The translations under genes were made by a program, and so were the position numbers. The notes under the pieces were generated by a model. That model ran no database searches, was not told the DNA's origin, and worked only from the letters and a program-made list of their open reading frames with translations. From Phaeosaccion multiseriatum (lineage: Eukaryota > Protista > Ochrophyta, other classes): a stretch of 64,000 nt of DNA. Below are positions 13,397 through 26,186 of the stretch, in pieces; the first letter of the stretch is position 1; the number at the start of each line of letters is the position of its first letter. Location: assembly GCA_965112735.1 (NCBI GenBank), contig OZ218956.1:2108001-2172000 (forward strand), in the 5' to 3' direction.

Positions 13397-13599
13397 AACA
13401 AACCGTGCCTCGGCCGTCGTTGAACAGCCCACGCCGCTACGCCGCTGCCCCCTTAACCCCTCCCTTCCATCTGCTTCAAAAATTACAACTTATTCCCCCC
13501 ACTGTCTCGATCAGTTCCCCCCAACCACCCCCTCTTCATTCTTTCATCTACTCATTCACTCACTCACTCACTCACTCACTCCATACACGCCACTTTATC

Positions 13600-14682
13600 T
13601 TACACCATGGTCACTGCAGTACTCTGATAGTCTGCCCCGCCCCCCCCGCCGGGCGGACTCGATGTCAAGCTGCTGCTCACTCCGCTGCTGCGAACACCAC
13701 TACCCGACGGCTCTCCGCCAGCAGCTAGCCCATCCGTTGATGTTGTTGACCATGCTCTTCCTCTCCCCTCTCCTCCTCTTCCTCCTCCTACCACTGCTAT
13801 TGCTGCCGCCCCCGCCGCTGCTGCTGCTGCGGTTGCTGCTGCGGTTGCTGCTGCTACTGCTGTTGCTACTGCTGTTGCTTCTGCTGATGGTGATGGTGAC
13901 AACGAGTCTCCTAATTCTACTACCGCAACTGCGTCTACCGCCCCTCCCACTGACACTGCTGAAGGAGACCGGGGGGGCACTGGTACTGCTTGCCGTCGGA
14001 AGAAGGATGGGAAGGACGCGCAAGTGGGTCGCATGGCCTCGCTCTTGCAGATTGGACACATGGCACGGATCAGCAGCCAGCGGCCTATGCATTGCCGGTG
14101 AAACGCGTGGTGGCATGGGAGTTCGCGAAGCTGCCACAGAGGGGCAGGAGGGATGGCAGTAGGTGGAGGGGGGGGGGGGAGAAGCGGACCCAAGGGCACA
14201 CCCGAGTGAGGTGATTGATTCGAATAAAGAAGAATGCGGAGAGGAGACAGGAGAGGAGGCAGGAGAGGAGAAGAGAGTAGGAGCAAGAACGAGGCAAAGG
14301 AGATTCGTGTGCGTGAGCTGCGCCGATGCGCTGATGCGGCAAGCGCTGACCAGCAGTACTTCCCCCCCCCCTCTCCCCCCCAGCCTGTCTCCCCCTCCGG
14401 TCCTCCTTTGCCCTCACCCTCTCCCTCTCCCTCCCTCTCCCACGCTCCCTCCATTCCTCCCCTCACCCTCGCTCCTCACCCCCTTGTCGTCGTCCGTCCT
14501 GTGCGCTGCCCTCCCACCCTCTACTCCTCCTGTCCTCAAACCCCCTCATGCCCCCACACATCTCAACCCACCCACCCACCCACCTTGTCGCCCACCTCGT
14601 ACGGCTCCAGACACACGGCGCACACCTCCCCGTCCAAAGGATCCCCGTCGTGTACGGAAACCTCCACAAGGCGCTCCACCTA

Positions 14683-14718
<36 letters not shown>

Positions 14719-17424
14719 CACACACAAAGGACCAGGGAGAAAGGCAAGAGAGGAGGGGTAGAGAATGAGAAGGGCAAGAGAGGAGGGGCACACACGAAAA
14801 GGGGCAGAAAGGAGGCCAAGTGAGCGTGCCATTGTGCGTTCGTCAGCTTCGCTGTCACAGTGGAGGGTAGGACGGACACAGTGGAGGGTAGGACGGACAC
14901 AGTGGAGGGTAGGACGGACACAGTGGAGGGTAGGACGGACACAGTGGAGGGTAGGACGGACACAGTGGAGGGTAGGACGGACACAGTGGAGGGTAGGACG
15001 GACACAGTGGAGGGTAGGACGGACACAGTGGAGGGTAGGACGGACACAGTGGAGGGTAGGACGGACAGGGCAGGCTAGGGCGAGTGCAGTGCACGCGTGT
15101 GTACGTGCGTCTATCTACCCCGCGTGTGTTGGTGTGGTGTGGTATCTTACTTCTCGTACCTCGCTGTCGCTGAGTGGTCTGTTGCCCCCCCCCACCAAGG
15201 CTTCGTACCCGTACCTCCGCAGTGCTGCTTGGCCGGTGCCTAAGGGGCGAAAGGGGGCGATCATGCACACACACACACACGCACACCACGCACACACATA
15301 CACACACGCACACCACACACATGGAGAGAAGAGGGAGAGTTATGGGGGCATCACAGAAACACTGTATACACACATGTGCACACACATGCACACATGTACA
15401 TGCACACACGCACACACATGGAGAGAGAGAAGGGAGCGCTACCGCTTACGGGGCACAATATACTGATCCCCTTCTCACTTTCACTGTGCCTGCTTCAGTG
15501 AGTTCCTTTCCTCTCCTCTCCCCTCTCTCCCTCCACCCCCCCCCCCCATTCCCTTCTGCTCTCTCCCCTCCTCCTCCTCCTCCTCCTCCTCCGCCTCTCG
15601 TGCCTGCCCCCTCCCCTCCACTAACCTGTGCAGACGTAAAGTCCGATGCAGAGGACGAGCACAAACGAAAGTCCAATCGTCAACCCCGCGAGTGTGCTGA
15701 GAGAGGGGAGGAGGAGGAGGAGGAGGAGGAGGAGGAGGAGGGGGAAGGAAGAGATCATTACAGAGAGGGAGAGGGGAGAGAGAGGGGGGGGAGGAGAGGG
15801 AGAGGAAGAGGGAGAGAAAGAGAAGAGATGCCACAATAAACTTGACGTAATCTTACATGTTGAGATTGATGAAGAGCTCCTCAAAAGGGTCGGAGTCGTC
15901 AAGGTACACCTGACGCGAGCGTAAGGGGACGACGGGAGGAGGAGGAGGAGGAAGAGGAGGAGGAGGAGGAGGAGGAGGAGGAGGAGGGTGAGGGTGTGCA
16001 GACCTCACTGGTAATCAGAGCGGCGGATGAGGCCGAGGGTGAGGTGTCAGGGTCATCTGGCAGGGTGAGGATGAGTGCGAGGGTAAGGGTGAGGAACAGG
16101 GTGAGGGTGAGAGAGAGGGTGCGGGTGAGGGGAGGGTGAGGGTGAGAGAGAGGGTGCGGGTGAGTGTGAGGGTGAGAGTGAGGGTGAGAGTGAGATTGAG
16201 GGTGAGGGTGAGGGTGGTGAAGGTGTGAGGGTGAGGGTGAAGGTGAGCGTGAGGGTAACGGAGCGCATACCTCAGGCCCGACGGGGTGGTCAGAGCGGCG
16301 GATGAGGTCCTGCAGACGCATTCCCGACTGTTTAGATACGAGGGCGGCAGGTACAAGAGAACGCGTGCTGTCCCTGCCTGAGGCGGAGGAAGCCTCCCGG
16401 ACTTCCATATGGAACATATGTTCGGCTTTTGAAATTAAAAAATATTGAGGGGTGGGAGGGAAGGGGGTGGGTGGGAGGGAGGGAGGGAGGGAGGGAGGGA
16501 GGGAGGGAGGGGGAGAGAGGGAGGGAGGGAGGGGTGGGGGGGGGCAAGGGGTGAGGTAAGTGAGGGTATCGGAAGAATGTGATGAAAGCAAGGAGAGATC
16601 ATTCCACAGAAGATCCGAGGGAATGTGCAGCACAGAGGCATGAGAGAAAAGACACTGCTTCTCACCTTTGTAGTCGTATACTTGAGAGGGGGTAAGAGAC
16701 GCGTCGTACATGACGTAAGGTACATAAGGACGGGCACCCAAAGGCGTAGCGAAGAAAGAGGACAAGAGGAGTAAATGGAACGATTGAGCGCAGCCGAAGG
16801 AAAGCAGGGAGGGGAGGGGGTAATGTGTGGGGAAACTTGGGCGCACCACTTGGGCATACCAGCACAGAAAAAACGCCCCCCCCCCAGCCACCAGCGAGCC
16901 GTTGGCGAATCAAGACATTGAGGCAGAGAGAAGGAAGCGGCTGTAGATCGATCGATCCATCCCACAGACCTCTCATCCTCCTTCTCCTCCTCCTCCTCCT
17001 ACTCCTACTCCTCCCCCTCCCCCTTACCGATGGCTGCAATGGCTCCTGCCTCCTGAACACGCCTCAGCTTCGTTTCGAAGGTGCATGCACCGGGGGAGCC
17101 TGGCAGGCTGCGAGCTACGAGAGCGATGATGGGCAGACCCAGCCCGTCACCGTCACCGCCCCCGTCCCTGTCCCCATCCCCGTCCCCACCCAAGCCTCGC
17201 AGTCCTCCCCCTCCTCCTCCTCCTCCTCCTCCTCCTCCTTGTGCCCCCCCCTCCGATGCTGTTGGCGAGGTGAGAGCTTCCCCTGCCCCGACCCCCTCGT
17301 CCGCCTCTTGGTCTCCTCCTTTTCTCACGCGTGCCTGTGCGGAAGCCTCTGGAGAGAAGGACATTTCTTCTCGTGGATGGAAGGACGCAAAGCAAAGGAG
17401 AGAGAGAGTGAGAGAGAGAGACCT

Positions 17425-17461
<37 letters not shown>

Positions 17462-18070
17462 GTGTGTGTGTGAGAGAGAGAAAGAGAGAGAACTCAGTAC
17501 TTTGAGAGCTCAGGCCCTGAAAAGGCGCTCACACGAGTCTTGTCCACCAACCCACCTACTGGAAGAGCCGCTTCCCGGGGAGGGAGCGAGTGCAGCTCGT
17601 GAGCGTGGAGGCCGATGTGCCACACAGGGACGTGCGTACATCCGCTATTCAGACCGTCCACTCTCCCCTCTTCGCTCTGGGGCAAAGAGTCAAGGCCGTC
17701 GATCAAGAGGGGCTCGCAAGCATAGGGGTCTGGGGATGCCCTCCAAAGCCGGGCGTTGATGCCCTGAAGAGGGGAGAGATGTGATTCCGGGATGAGATGG
17801 AGAACGAAGTCGGGTGGGGGTGGGGGAAGAAACAGTCAGCAGATACTCTAGGCCGAGAGTACACCTGTGTCATCTCCTTACATCGGGGCCGATTCGCCTT
17901 CCCAGAGAGGGTGCGGCAGGCGTGTCTTCGAAATTGAAGATGCGCCCTGTCTTGTCCACGACTGTCAAGGTGCCCTCCGTGAGTGCCAGGCGCTCCCAAA
18001 GCAGTAGCAAGACCATAAGAAGTGGGGACAGCAAAACCATAGGGGGCCTGAGCCGCGCTTCAGGCACCAT
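13600..18070 (-). CDS. PA-TM-RING-H2 E3 ubiquitin ligase (RNF13/RMR-like)
   Basis: Signal peptide MVPEARLRPPMVLLSPLLMVLLLLW. PA domain ASPDPYACEPL..CTFETKLRRVQEAGAIAAIVYD..VPAALVSKQSGMRL. TM segment LAGLTIGLSFVLVLCIGLYVC. RING-H2 split across exons 14584-14679 (CAVCLEPYEVGDK) and 13600-14130 (LRELPCHHAFHRQCIGRWLLIRAMCPICK). Confidence 0.88.
14856..15067. repeat. Minisatellite: 10 perfect copies of the 21-bp unit CACAGTGGAGGGTAGGACGGA, intronic
   Basis: Direct reading; identical head-to-tail units with no spacers, inside an intron of the PA-RING gene. Confidence 0.95.
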
Positions 18071-18226
18071 GGCGCGGGCTGGCTTAAAGGAAAAAGGCCC
18101 TTCAAGAATCCAAGAAGAAGTGGCGACGACCTATCACCAACACGCTTAGATCAACGTTTCGATGACAGGCGACAGGCTGTAATATTTGCTCCGCGTTTGG
18201 CGACAGGAGGGAGGCCGTAGCACTCG
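18071..18226. promoter_or_regulatory. Probable bidirectional promoter (PA-RING / GT4)
   Basis: Divergent ATGs only about 156 bp apart. Confidence 0.55.
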
Positions 18227-20275
18227 ATGCTTCTCCTACTGCTACTGCTTCCCTTCCTGGCCAGGGGAGGCTCGCGTTTGCAGCTGCTGGCTGGATCGTT
18301 CCTGCTTGCGGGGGGGCAAAACCTCTGGCTCTCCCAGGCATACGAAGGCATACTTGAAATTCCGGCTGCCGTTGACTCTGCTACGGCTACTACTTCTGCT
18401 GCTGCGGCTGATGCGGCCGTTGTTTCACTGCGGTTCGATGTATCGGCTGCGGACGGAGCCTTGATGCTGCAACGAGGTACTGAAGGTGACCCTTCTTCTT
18501 TTTTGGCGCTGGAGCTGTGCTTCGCAGTGGACGAGGACGCCAGCATACAATGCTTGCCCTTCCCGGACGACGGCATAGCCTTCTCTCACCCGGAAAGAGG
18601 GTCGCATAAGGTACACGTGTGGTTTTTCCGACACTCTACAGATTATCCGAACGGCACAGTGAGAGCAGAGCAGGATGGCTTGTCTCCCACTCTTGTGCCC
18701 CTTGCCGCCCCCTTCTCCCTAGACTTTGGCATGGGCAGCCTACCTGCTGAAGATGTCTCCACTGAATATGGAACTGGCAGGAGCGGTAGCGGCAGTAGCA
18801 GCAGCAGCAGCAATGGCAGCAACGGCAGCATCAGGGAGACGTATTCCTTCCGAGAGACAGAGCCAGGCTTGCACTTTGCGTCTCCGACCTATGGAGCCAT
18901 CCAACAATGGGGAAGTACGACGCTGAGCCTCAGTATGGGCGACACTACCTTGCCGGCCTCTGTGTCGAACCCGGTGCGCATCTCCTTGCCGTCTCAAGAC
19001 ACCCCCTTACTGCTCACTGAGAGAGCGGACCTCATCACACTGGCAGGGGTGGAGCCAGGAACACACGTCATCACCGCTGAAGCCGCTACCACTGCATCAA
19101 CCTCTGTTACTGCTGCTACTTCTGTATTACCAACTGCTGCAGCTGAGGTGGCGACAACGGTGTTCGAAGCGGTGCTGTCGGAGGAGGAGATTGAAGCGCA
19201 TCGAGTGCGCCCCCCTGGGCCTCAATCTCCTCCGCAACTGACTACCAATCGTCTTCGGAATAGACTCCATTCGCGGGGGAACAGCAGTCAGCAGCAGCAC
19301 CAGCAGCAGCAGCGATGGCAGCGACAGTGGCTAGAGGAGGAGGAGAAGAGGGAGGACGAGCTTCACGGACAGGGGTCCCCTTTGCCCGGAAGCAGCAGCA
19401 GCAGCAGCAGCAGCAAGAGGAAGAAGCGCGTGTGCTTCGTGGGCGTCCTCAAGCCCGATGGCCAAAAGACGATCTGGCTTAGGCAGATGGTGAGTCATGC
19501 AGGGCAGGTTTGATTGTTACAGAATTGAAGGGCTGCGAGAGGAGGGAGGAGCGAAACACTACGGCCTTCCCGCCTCCAAATGTGCTCACTGCCCCTCTCT
19601 CTCGTCCGTCCTTCGTCCTGCCTCCCCTCCTGCCCCGGCATTCCCTCCCTCCTCCCTCTATCCCTCCCTCCCTCTCTCCCTGCCTGCCTGCCTGCCTCCC
19701 TCCTTCCCACTCAACCTCCGACAGGAGCGGCTCCCTCAGGAGGGCTTCGAGATGACATACATGTCTTTCCAGACTGAGGATGGAGAGAGCGACACGGACG
19801 AACTCAAGAGGGGCAGGTGATGATGGTGGTGATGATGATGATGATGATGATGATGAGAAGGAGGAGGAAGGGGGAGGAGGAGCTGCACCACTCCTCTAGT
19901 CTCTCGAATCTGATCACCTTTCTCACGTAGCCCTCTCTCGCGACTCCTTTACTGACTTACTGTCTCTGTTGCCTCCTTCCCTTCGCTCACTCCAAGTCAT
20001 CATCCCCACTTTCTCCCTTCGTCGTCGTCTTCTCTCATACACATAATCACCCAGTGCTCACCTCACACCGCCCCTCTTGTCTCTTTTGTGTCTCTCCCCC
20101 CTCCCCTACCCTCCCCGATCCCCCTCCCCCCTTCCCACCTACCCCCCCACCTCCAAGGGCGGAGATGGAGGCGGCTATCAAAGCGCTGGGTGTGCCTTTG
20201 GTGCTTGCCCCCATCCCGCAGCTCGCAGAACACGCCTTGCTGGAAGGGGGCGGTTTCCAGGCATACATGAGGAGC

Positions 20276-20307
<32 letters not shown>

Positions 20308-23300
20308 GGAGGAGGAAGATCAGGAGAAGGGGGCAGGGCAAGAGGCTGGGCGAGAGGAGGGAGGAGACTCTGCTTCCTCCTCCTCTGACTGGAGGGATGG
20401 TGGTGCTGTCTTTGACGCTTATGACTCGCCCCCCTCACTCGAAGACGTGATGGGATACATGCTCTTGCTTGTCGAGGGGGCCCTCGCTCGAGCGAGACAA
20501 GCAGCAGCAGCAGCAGCCGTCTCTCCTCCACATTCACTGCCATCCTCTCCTCCCGGAGGGGGGGGAGGTCTGAAAGGTCGTGGTGGTCATGGTCACGGCA
20601 GGGAGGAGGAGGAAGGTAGCAGATTATCAGAGCAACAGCAGCAGTTGGTAATACAGCTGCAGCAGCAGCAGCGCATGGAGGCCGAGATGGCGTCACAGAT
20701 GGCGTTGCTTCCCGAGTGGGTACGCGACACATGGCAACACATCACCTCCCACCTGAGGGCTGTGGACCCCGACATTTTGGTGTTTGGCAACGCACGGAGC
20801 GTCAGTGATGCTGTGCTTACCGCCGCCGCCAGGCACTCGATGGCCCCCCAAGCAAAGTGAGGTCCTCAGTGGGGTCCTCTGATTGGGGTCTTGAGTGGGG
20901 TGAATCCTGAGTGGGGAGGTTCTGAGTTGATGCATGCCTCCACAATACCCCCCCCCCCCCCCATCCCCCTTGTGTCTACCATCCTCACTCACTCATCCAC
21001 TGCCATATCCTCACTCTCCCGTCCATGGCCATCCTTCCTCACTCTTCCCATCCACTGCCATCCTTTCTCACTCTTCCCATCCACTGCCATCCTTCCTCAC
21101 TCTTCCCATCCACTGCCATCCTTTCTCACTCTTCCCATCCACTGCCATCCTCCCTCTCCCTAAGGATCGTGATGGAGCTGCCTAACCTCTTCCCCTCGGA
21201 GGGCGTGTCCGTTGATGTGTTCGTAGCACCCTCTGCGTACGCCGCACAGCACTTCAGCGTGGTGCGGGCCAGCAGGTGGGGAGGGGAGGATGGCAGTGGA
21301 TGGGAGAGTGGGGAGGGAGGGAGGAGGAGGAGGAGGAGGAGGAGGAGGAGGAGGAGGAGGAGGAGGAGGAGGAGGAGGAGGAGGAGGAGGAGGAGGAGGA
21401 GGAGCAGGAGGAGGAGGGGGGCGAGGAGGGAGGACTTGGCTCGTCCACATCCCCGGATTGCATATACACTCGATGTGCGTGGCATCCAAGCTCAGAGATT
21501 TTGACGTATGTCCTTCTCCTCCTCTTCCTCCTCCTCCTCCTCCTCAGGGCGAGCGGGGCCGAGGTGGTGACAATTCCCCCCGGGGTGGACACGTCCGTCT
21601 TCGACCCCCTCATCGGCTCCACAGAGTGCCATCCGACCTGTCCCCTCCTCTCCATCACGAGCACGAGCGGGAAGAGGAAGAGGAGGAAGGAGGAGGAGCT
21701 AGGGGAGGGCCCACCGGGGGCTAAGCCAGCAGCAGCCGCGGGTGATATAGCAGCAGCAGCCGGCGCCGCCGCGGAAGAAGACTGCCACTCTGCGTGTGTG
21801 GTGGTGGGGTTTATGGCACGCCTCGCACCCGAGAAGAGTCCTGGACTATTCCTTCAGGTGGGTGCACCGCGCGTGACTGCAAACACTACCTGCAATTGCA
21901 AGTGTAACAATGGATGGGTATTACTATTGCATACGTCATCCGCGGTCCGCGGAGAGCTAAAGCTGTGGTGACGGAAGGGCCACACACCTGTGCGGGAGGC
22001 CAAAGCGTGGGCAGACAGTAAGGAGGCATCCAGCGCCCTCTGCGAACCTTTGCGCGCTGACTATCAAACTCCCTCCTCCCTCCTCCCCCCTCCTCCCCCC
22101 CCCCCTTCCTCCTCCTCCTCCTCCTCCTCCTCCTCCTCCTCCTCCTCCTCCTCCTCCTCCTCCTCCTCCTCCTCCTCCTCCTCCTCCTCCTCCTCCTCCT
22201 CCTCCTCCTCCTCCTCCTCCTCCTCCTCCTCCTCCTCCTCCTCCTCCTCCTCCTCCTCCTCCTCCTCCTCCTCCTCCTCCTCTTCCTCCTCCTCCTCCTC
22301 CTCCTCCTCCTCCTCCTCCTCCTCCTCCTCCTCCTCCTCCTCCTCCTCCTCCTCCTCCTTCTCCTCCTCCTCCTCCTCCTCCTCCTCCTCCTCCTCCTCC
22401 CCACTCCCCTCTCCCCTCTCCATACACCACAGGCTGCGGCGGCTCTGTCCTTGCACTGGCCGCTGGTTCGGTTCCGAGTAATCGGCTCGGGCCCTCTCTC
22501 CACGGAGCTGCAGCGAATGGCCAAGGGCCTAGGTTTGGCGGGAAAGGTGCACTTCACCGGGGCAGTGTACGGGGAGGAGCTTGTGAGGCAGCTCAAGGGT
22601 GTGCATGTGGTGAGTGAAAGGTGATTGAAGGAGGGAGGAAGGGAGGGATTGGGAGAGGGGTATGGATAAGTGGGGGGTCAGGGTGTGAGGCGAAAGCAAC
22701 TGGGAGCTGTGCTTGCTGTCTGTTGTTTTTTTGTTTTGAATGCTCCTCTCTGTGCTCCACTCTGCGTTGCGTCTCATGTGGCCTGCCGCTGCTTCCCTCC
22801 CCTTTGCCACATCCACTCACCGCCTCCCTACCTACCCACTCACCCCTCCCCCCCCAAGCTGGTGAACCCCTCCCTCCGGGCATGGTCAGAGACGTTTTGT
22901 ATCGCCAACATAGAGGCCATGGCACTCGGCATACCCGTCGTCAGGTGGGTGACAAGGGTTAAGTTTCAGCTTCACAGTTTCAGTGTCAGTTTCAGTGTAG
23001 TAGACGTCTCTCCCTCTCTCTCCCCTCTGTCTCTCTTCTCCCCCCCCCCCCTCTCTCTCTCCCCCTCCCCCCCTCTACTTCTCTTCTCTCTCTCTCCCTC
23101 TCCCTCCTCTCTCTATACGAAGTATCCTTACTTTCTGCTCTCTGCCTTACCTTCCTCAGCTTCGGCGTGGGGGGCGTGTCCGAGTACCTGACGGAGGAGA
23201 ATGGCGTGCTTGTGGACAGGGCCGATCCGGAGTCCCTCGCCCTCGCTGTGCTGGAGCTACTCACAGACGGAGACAAGCGCAGAAGGCTCGGGCAGGCGGG

Positions 23301-23496
23301 CAAAAGCACGGTGGAAGGTGGCTTCTCGGTGGAGACTCAGATTAGCCGGTGGAGCAGTCTGTATTGGCAGCTGCTCAGGGACACAGAGGAGGAGGAGAAG
23401 GAGGAGCAGGAGGAGGAAGAGGAGGAGGAGAAGGAGGAGGGGGAACAGCAGCAGCAGGAGGAGCGGGGGGGGCGGAGTGAAGTTTGTGACTCCTGA
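18227..23496 (+). CDS. Glycosyltransferase family 4 (GT-B, Glycos_transf_1) with N-terminal signal peptide and long N-terminal extension
   Basis: Approximate exons 18227-19489, 19724-19816, 20159-20857, 21165-21275, 21548-21857, 22433-22609, 22859-22944, 23160-23496. Motifs VVTIPPGVDTSVF, VGFMARLAPEKSPGLFL, VHFTGAV, SETFCIANIEAMALGIPVV (EX7E), GGVSEYLTEENGVLV. Confidence 0.88.
20995..21152. repeat. Intronic tandem repeat of about 29 bp (CCTTCCTCACTCTTCCCATCCACTGCCAT), about 4-5 copies
   Basis: Direct reading. Confidence 0.85.
22107..22400. repeat. Long intronic (CCT)n microsatellite
   Basis: Nearly pure CCT tract of about 290 bp just upstream of the acceptor at 22432. Confidence 0.95.
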
Positions 23497-24590
23497 CCTG
23501 ATCTCGGTGTATCGAACGACCAACCGATGGGGCTGTCTGGCCTCAGCCCTCAGCCCGAGCAGCCAGAGATAGAGGAGAGGTAGAACGGCGCTGGCCACAC
23601 TTGAAGTGCTAAAAGGCCGCAGCACTCTCCGGAGCAAGCGGAGAGTGCTACAGTGCACCTTCACAAAGGCAACAAGTGGGCACTCCCTGTGTGCGTTCGG
23701 TCTGAGCGCTGTTGGGCTCTGCTCGAGCAGAAATAGTGGGAGGAGGAGAAAGAGGAGGACGTATTATGATGCGTTGAGCTCCTTAAGCCACACCCCTTGG
23801 CCTCGGAGTCTCTTCAGCAGGCCTGCTCGCGACAGCACGGGAAAAGGGAAGGAGGAAGGAAGGCGCCCGCCGCGGCAAGAATCCCCGGCGTTTCGTGCCA
23901 CACAAAACAGGGAAGCGGCCCACCTCCCTCCCCGCGGGCCGCTCGAGCCTCTCTTGCATTCCAGGCAAGGAGCGCTGGTGTGCTCTCTTCCTTCTGTGGA
24001 GAGGGCGAGCAACATGACACGGGGAACGCTCGGCTCATCCTCACACCCCCTGTTCTTGGCCTCGAAAGGGTATACAATGGAGGGAACAACAAATCAAACC
24101 ATAATAATCCTCCCTGCACAGCGCTTTGTGCAAGCTTGATATATACAAGATGTATATATTAGATACGTCAACGAGTGTCGAGGCTTTACCACAGGACGGG
24201 TACGGGGGTCGTCTTTCCCCTTTCAAGTTTCAAAGTCGCGTGGCCAAGATCTTGAAACCGAACTCAAACAGCGTGGGGCGCTGTCTATGCATGTGTTCTG
24301 GAGAGGGCTCTCCCCGTCACGTGGGCTATACGGGTTAGCACACATGTTCAGGGAAGCGAGGTAGGGTTCGTCAGGGCAGACAGGCCACATGCAGCGAGCA
24401 ATGTAAGTATGGCACGACACGCAAGCAGATTGGACGGAGGGGCCCCCTTCTTCACTCCCTCTCTGTCTCGGACCCTTCCGCCAACATGGTGCACCACCAC
24501 CACCACCACCGCATCCTTCTGCGGTAGCACAAGCAAGCGGAAGGGAGTAAGCCCGAGAGCCACCGTTGATTGAGCATCTCCTGTTGCTCG

Positions 24591-24623
<33 letters not shown>

Positions 24624-24771
24624 AGAGGGACTACCCCCCCTCCCTTCATCTGCGGCGTTCCGCAGAAGATGATGGCTCTCTCACCTCCCAAGCCAAAGCC
24701 ATCTTCTCGCTCCCGTGGGACTATCCCCTCCACTTCTCTCTCTCTGTATGTGTGTGTGTCGCTGCTGCGTC

Positions 24772-25527
24772 CTACTTGCGCTTCAGGCCTCGCCGTGACC
24801 CGAGCGGCACGTTGACGTGGCCGTAGGGACAGTGCCTACAAGCATTGCCGCAGCAGGCCTTCTTCTTGGACAGAAAGTGCGATGTGAAGACAAAGTAGCC
24901 AGTGGCCGGGTCCTCGTACTGGTCCAGCCCTGCAGTCGCGGCCACATCGTGCACGAGTTGCCAGCGCAGCTTCGTGGCCTCCTCTTCGCAGGCCGCCTCT
25001 GCAATGGCTCGGAAGCCCCGTCTTACGTCCACTTCGTCCAGTACCAGCGGTAGAGCGACAAGACCCGCGGGTTTTGAGGCCGGCGCTTGCGTTGGTCTTC
25101 TTTCCACGGGTGCTGCTGGTGCCGCTGCTGACGCTACTGCCAACGCCCTCCTTCTCCCTGCCAATGCTTTGGCCAACACATCTGAAGGCACGCTCTCCAA
25201 GTCCTGCAAGGAAAGGGGCTTGCCTGGGTTGAAAATTGGCCTCGGCTTCTCTTCCTCCTCCTTGCGGTCAGGCAAGGGTAGGCCCCCCTGCCTCTGAGCG
25301 TGCTCGACAAGCTCATCCTTGTCCTCCACTCCCTCCTCGTCTCCAGCAGAGACTACCAGCCTCGGAGAGGAGGGAGCAGCACCTCCATCCGGCAAGTGCC
25401 AAAGGGCTTGATCGCTCCTTTGTTGGCTGAGGGTGTGTCTCCTCCTCTTCAATCCAGCATGCCTCCGAGGAGGACCTCTACCTACCGCTGACCTGCTCAC
25501 CAGCAGTAGCCATCTGCCGGAGACCAT
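24772..25527 (-). CDS. DUF5522 / C1orf53-like protein, possibly mitochondrial
   Basis: C-terminal HDVAATAGLDQYEDPATGYFVFTSHFLSKKKACCGNACRHCPYGH; Arg-rich N-terminus MVSGRWLLLVSRSAVGR; single exon. Confidence 0.85.
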   Translation of the reverse strand: MVSGRWLLLVSRSAVGRGPPRRHAGLKRRRHTLSQQRSDQALWHLPDGGAAPSSPRLVVSAGDEEGVEDKDELVEHAQRQGGLPLPDRKEEEEKPRPIFNPGKPLSLQDLESVPSDVLAKALAGRRRALAVASAAAPAAPVERRPTQAPASKPAGLVALPLVLDEVDVRRGFRAIAEAACEEEATKLRWQLVHDVAATAGLDQYEDPATGYFVFTSHFLSKKKACCGNACRHCPYGHVNVPLGSRRGLKRK

Positions 25528-25676
25528 TTTTAGCTGTTGGATATCGCTGTTGCGCGCGCAATTGTAGCACCAACTCACATCTGTGATCTCGCCGCCTTCG
25601 GATAGTTACGTAATCTTTCTCCTTGATCCGCCCTCAACCTGCTTCATACACGGCTCTTTACGACAAGCTTACAACG
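25528..25676. promoter_or_regulatory. Probable bidirectional promoter (DUF5522 / plastid protein)
   Basis: Divergent ATGs about 149 bp apart. Confidence 0.55.
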
Positions 25677-26150
25677 ATGCGTGTAGTAGCAGCGACATGT
25701 CTTTTCCTGGGGGTGCTAAGCACCGCCGTGGCGTTCCACATTGTGGTCCCCACCGCCATTCCGAACAAAGCGGCGGTGAGGCCGGGACTCAAGAGGGGAA
25801 GGGTGCGTCCGGTGCTCTTCAACAGTCCCGCGGAGGACGTGGTGGCCGTGCAGCCGGCGACGGCGGACCTGGAGGACCAAGTGAAGGAGATTATGAGTGG
25901 CGACCTGAAGGAGGAGGAGGTAGTGGAGCAGGTGAAAAACTCTTTGGAGCTCGCCACGGAGGAAGCTCGGGAGGCGTACAAGGAGGTGGTGAGGGAGAGA
26001 GGCGGCACGATTAAGATTGGCGAAGACGGCAAAGAATACATTGATTTCGAGGACCTCATGCCCGGGCTGGACGCCCTGTCGCCCAACGCGCTTTTCCCAG
26101 TGAGTGCACAAGGGGGGGGGGTTGAGAAGGAGAGATTGTCCCCTTGATGC

Positions 26151-26186
<36 letters not shown>

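Noticed and set aside
14856-15067. CRISPR-like array
   Set aside because: Units are head-to-tail with no unique spacers, lie in a eukaryotic intron and have no cas genes nearby.
21886-22596. Poly-R/G/E/S ORFs here and at 28588-29299 and 34548-35900
   Set aside because: Stop-free trinucleotide microsatellites, not independent genes.
23606-24740. Short ORFs between the GT4 and DUF5522 genes
   Set aside because: No recognisable domain or consistent splice structure; probably UTR or intergenic sequence.
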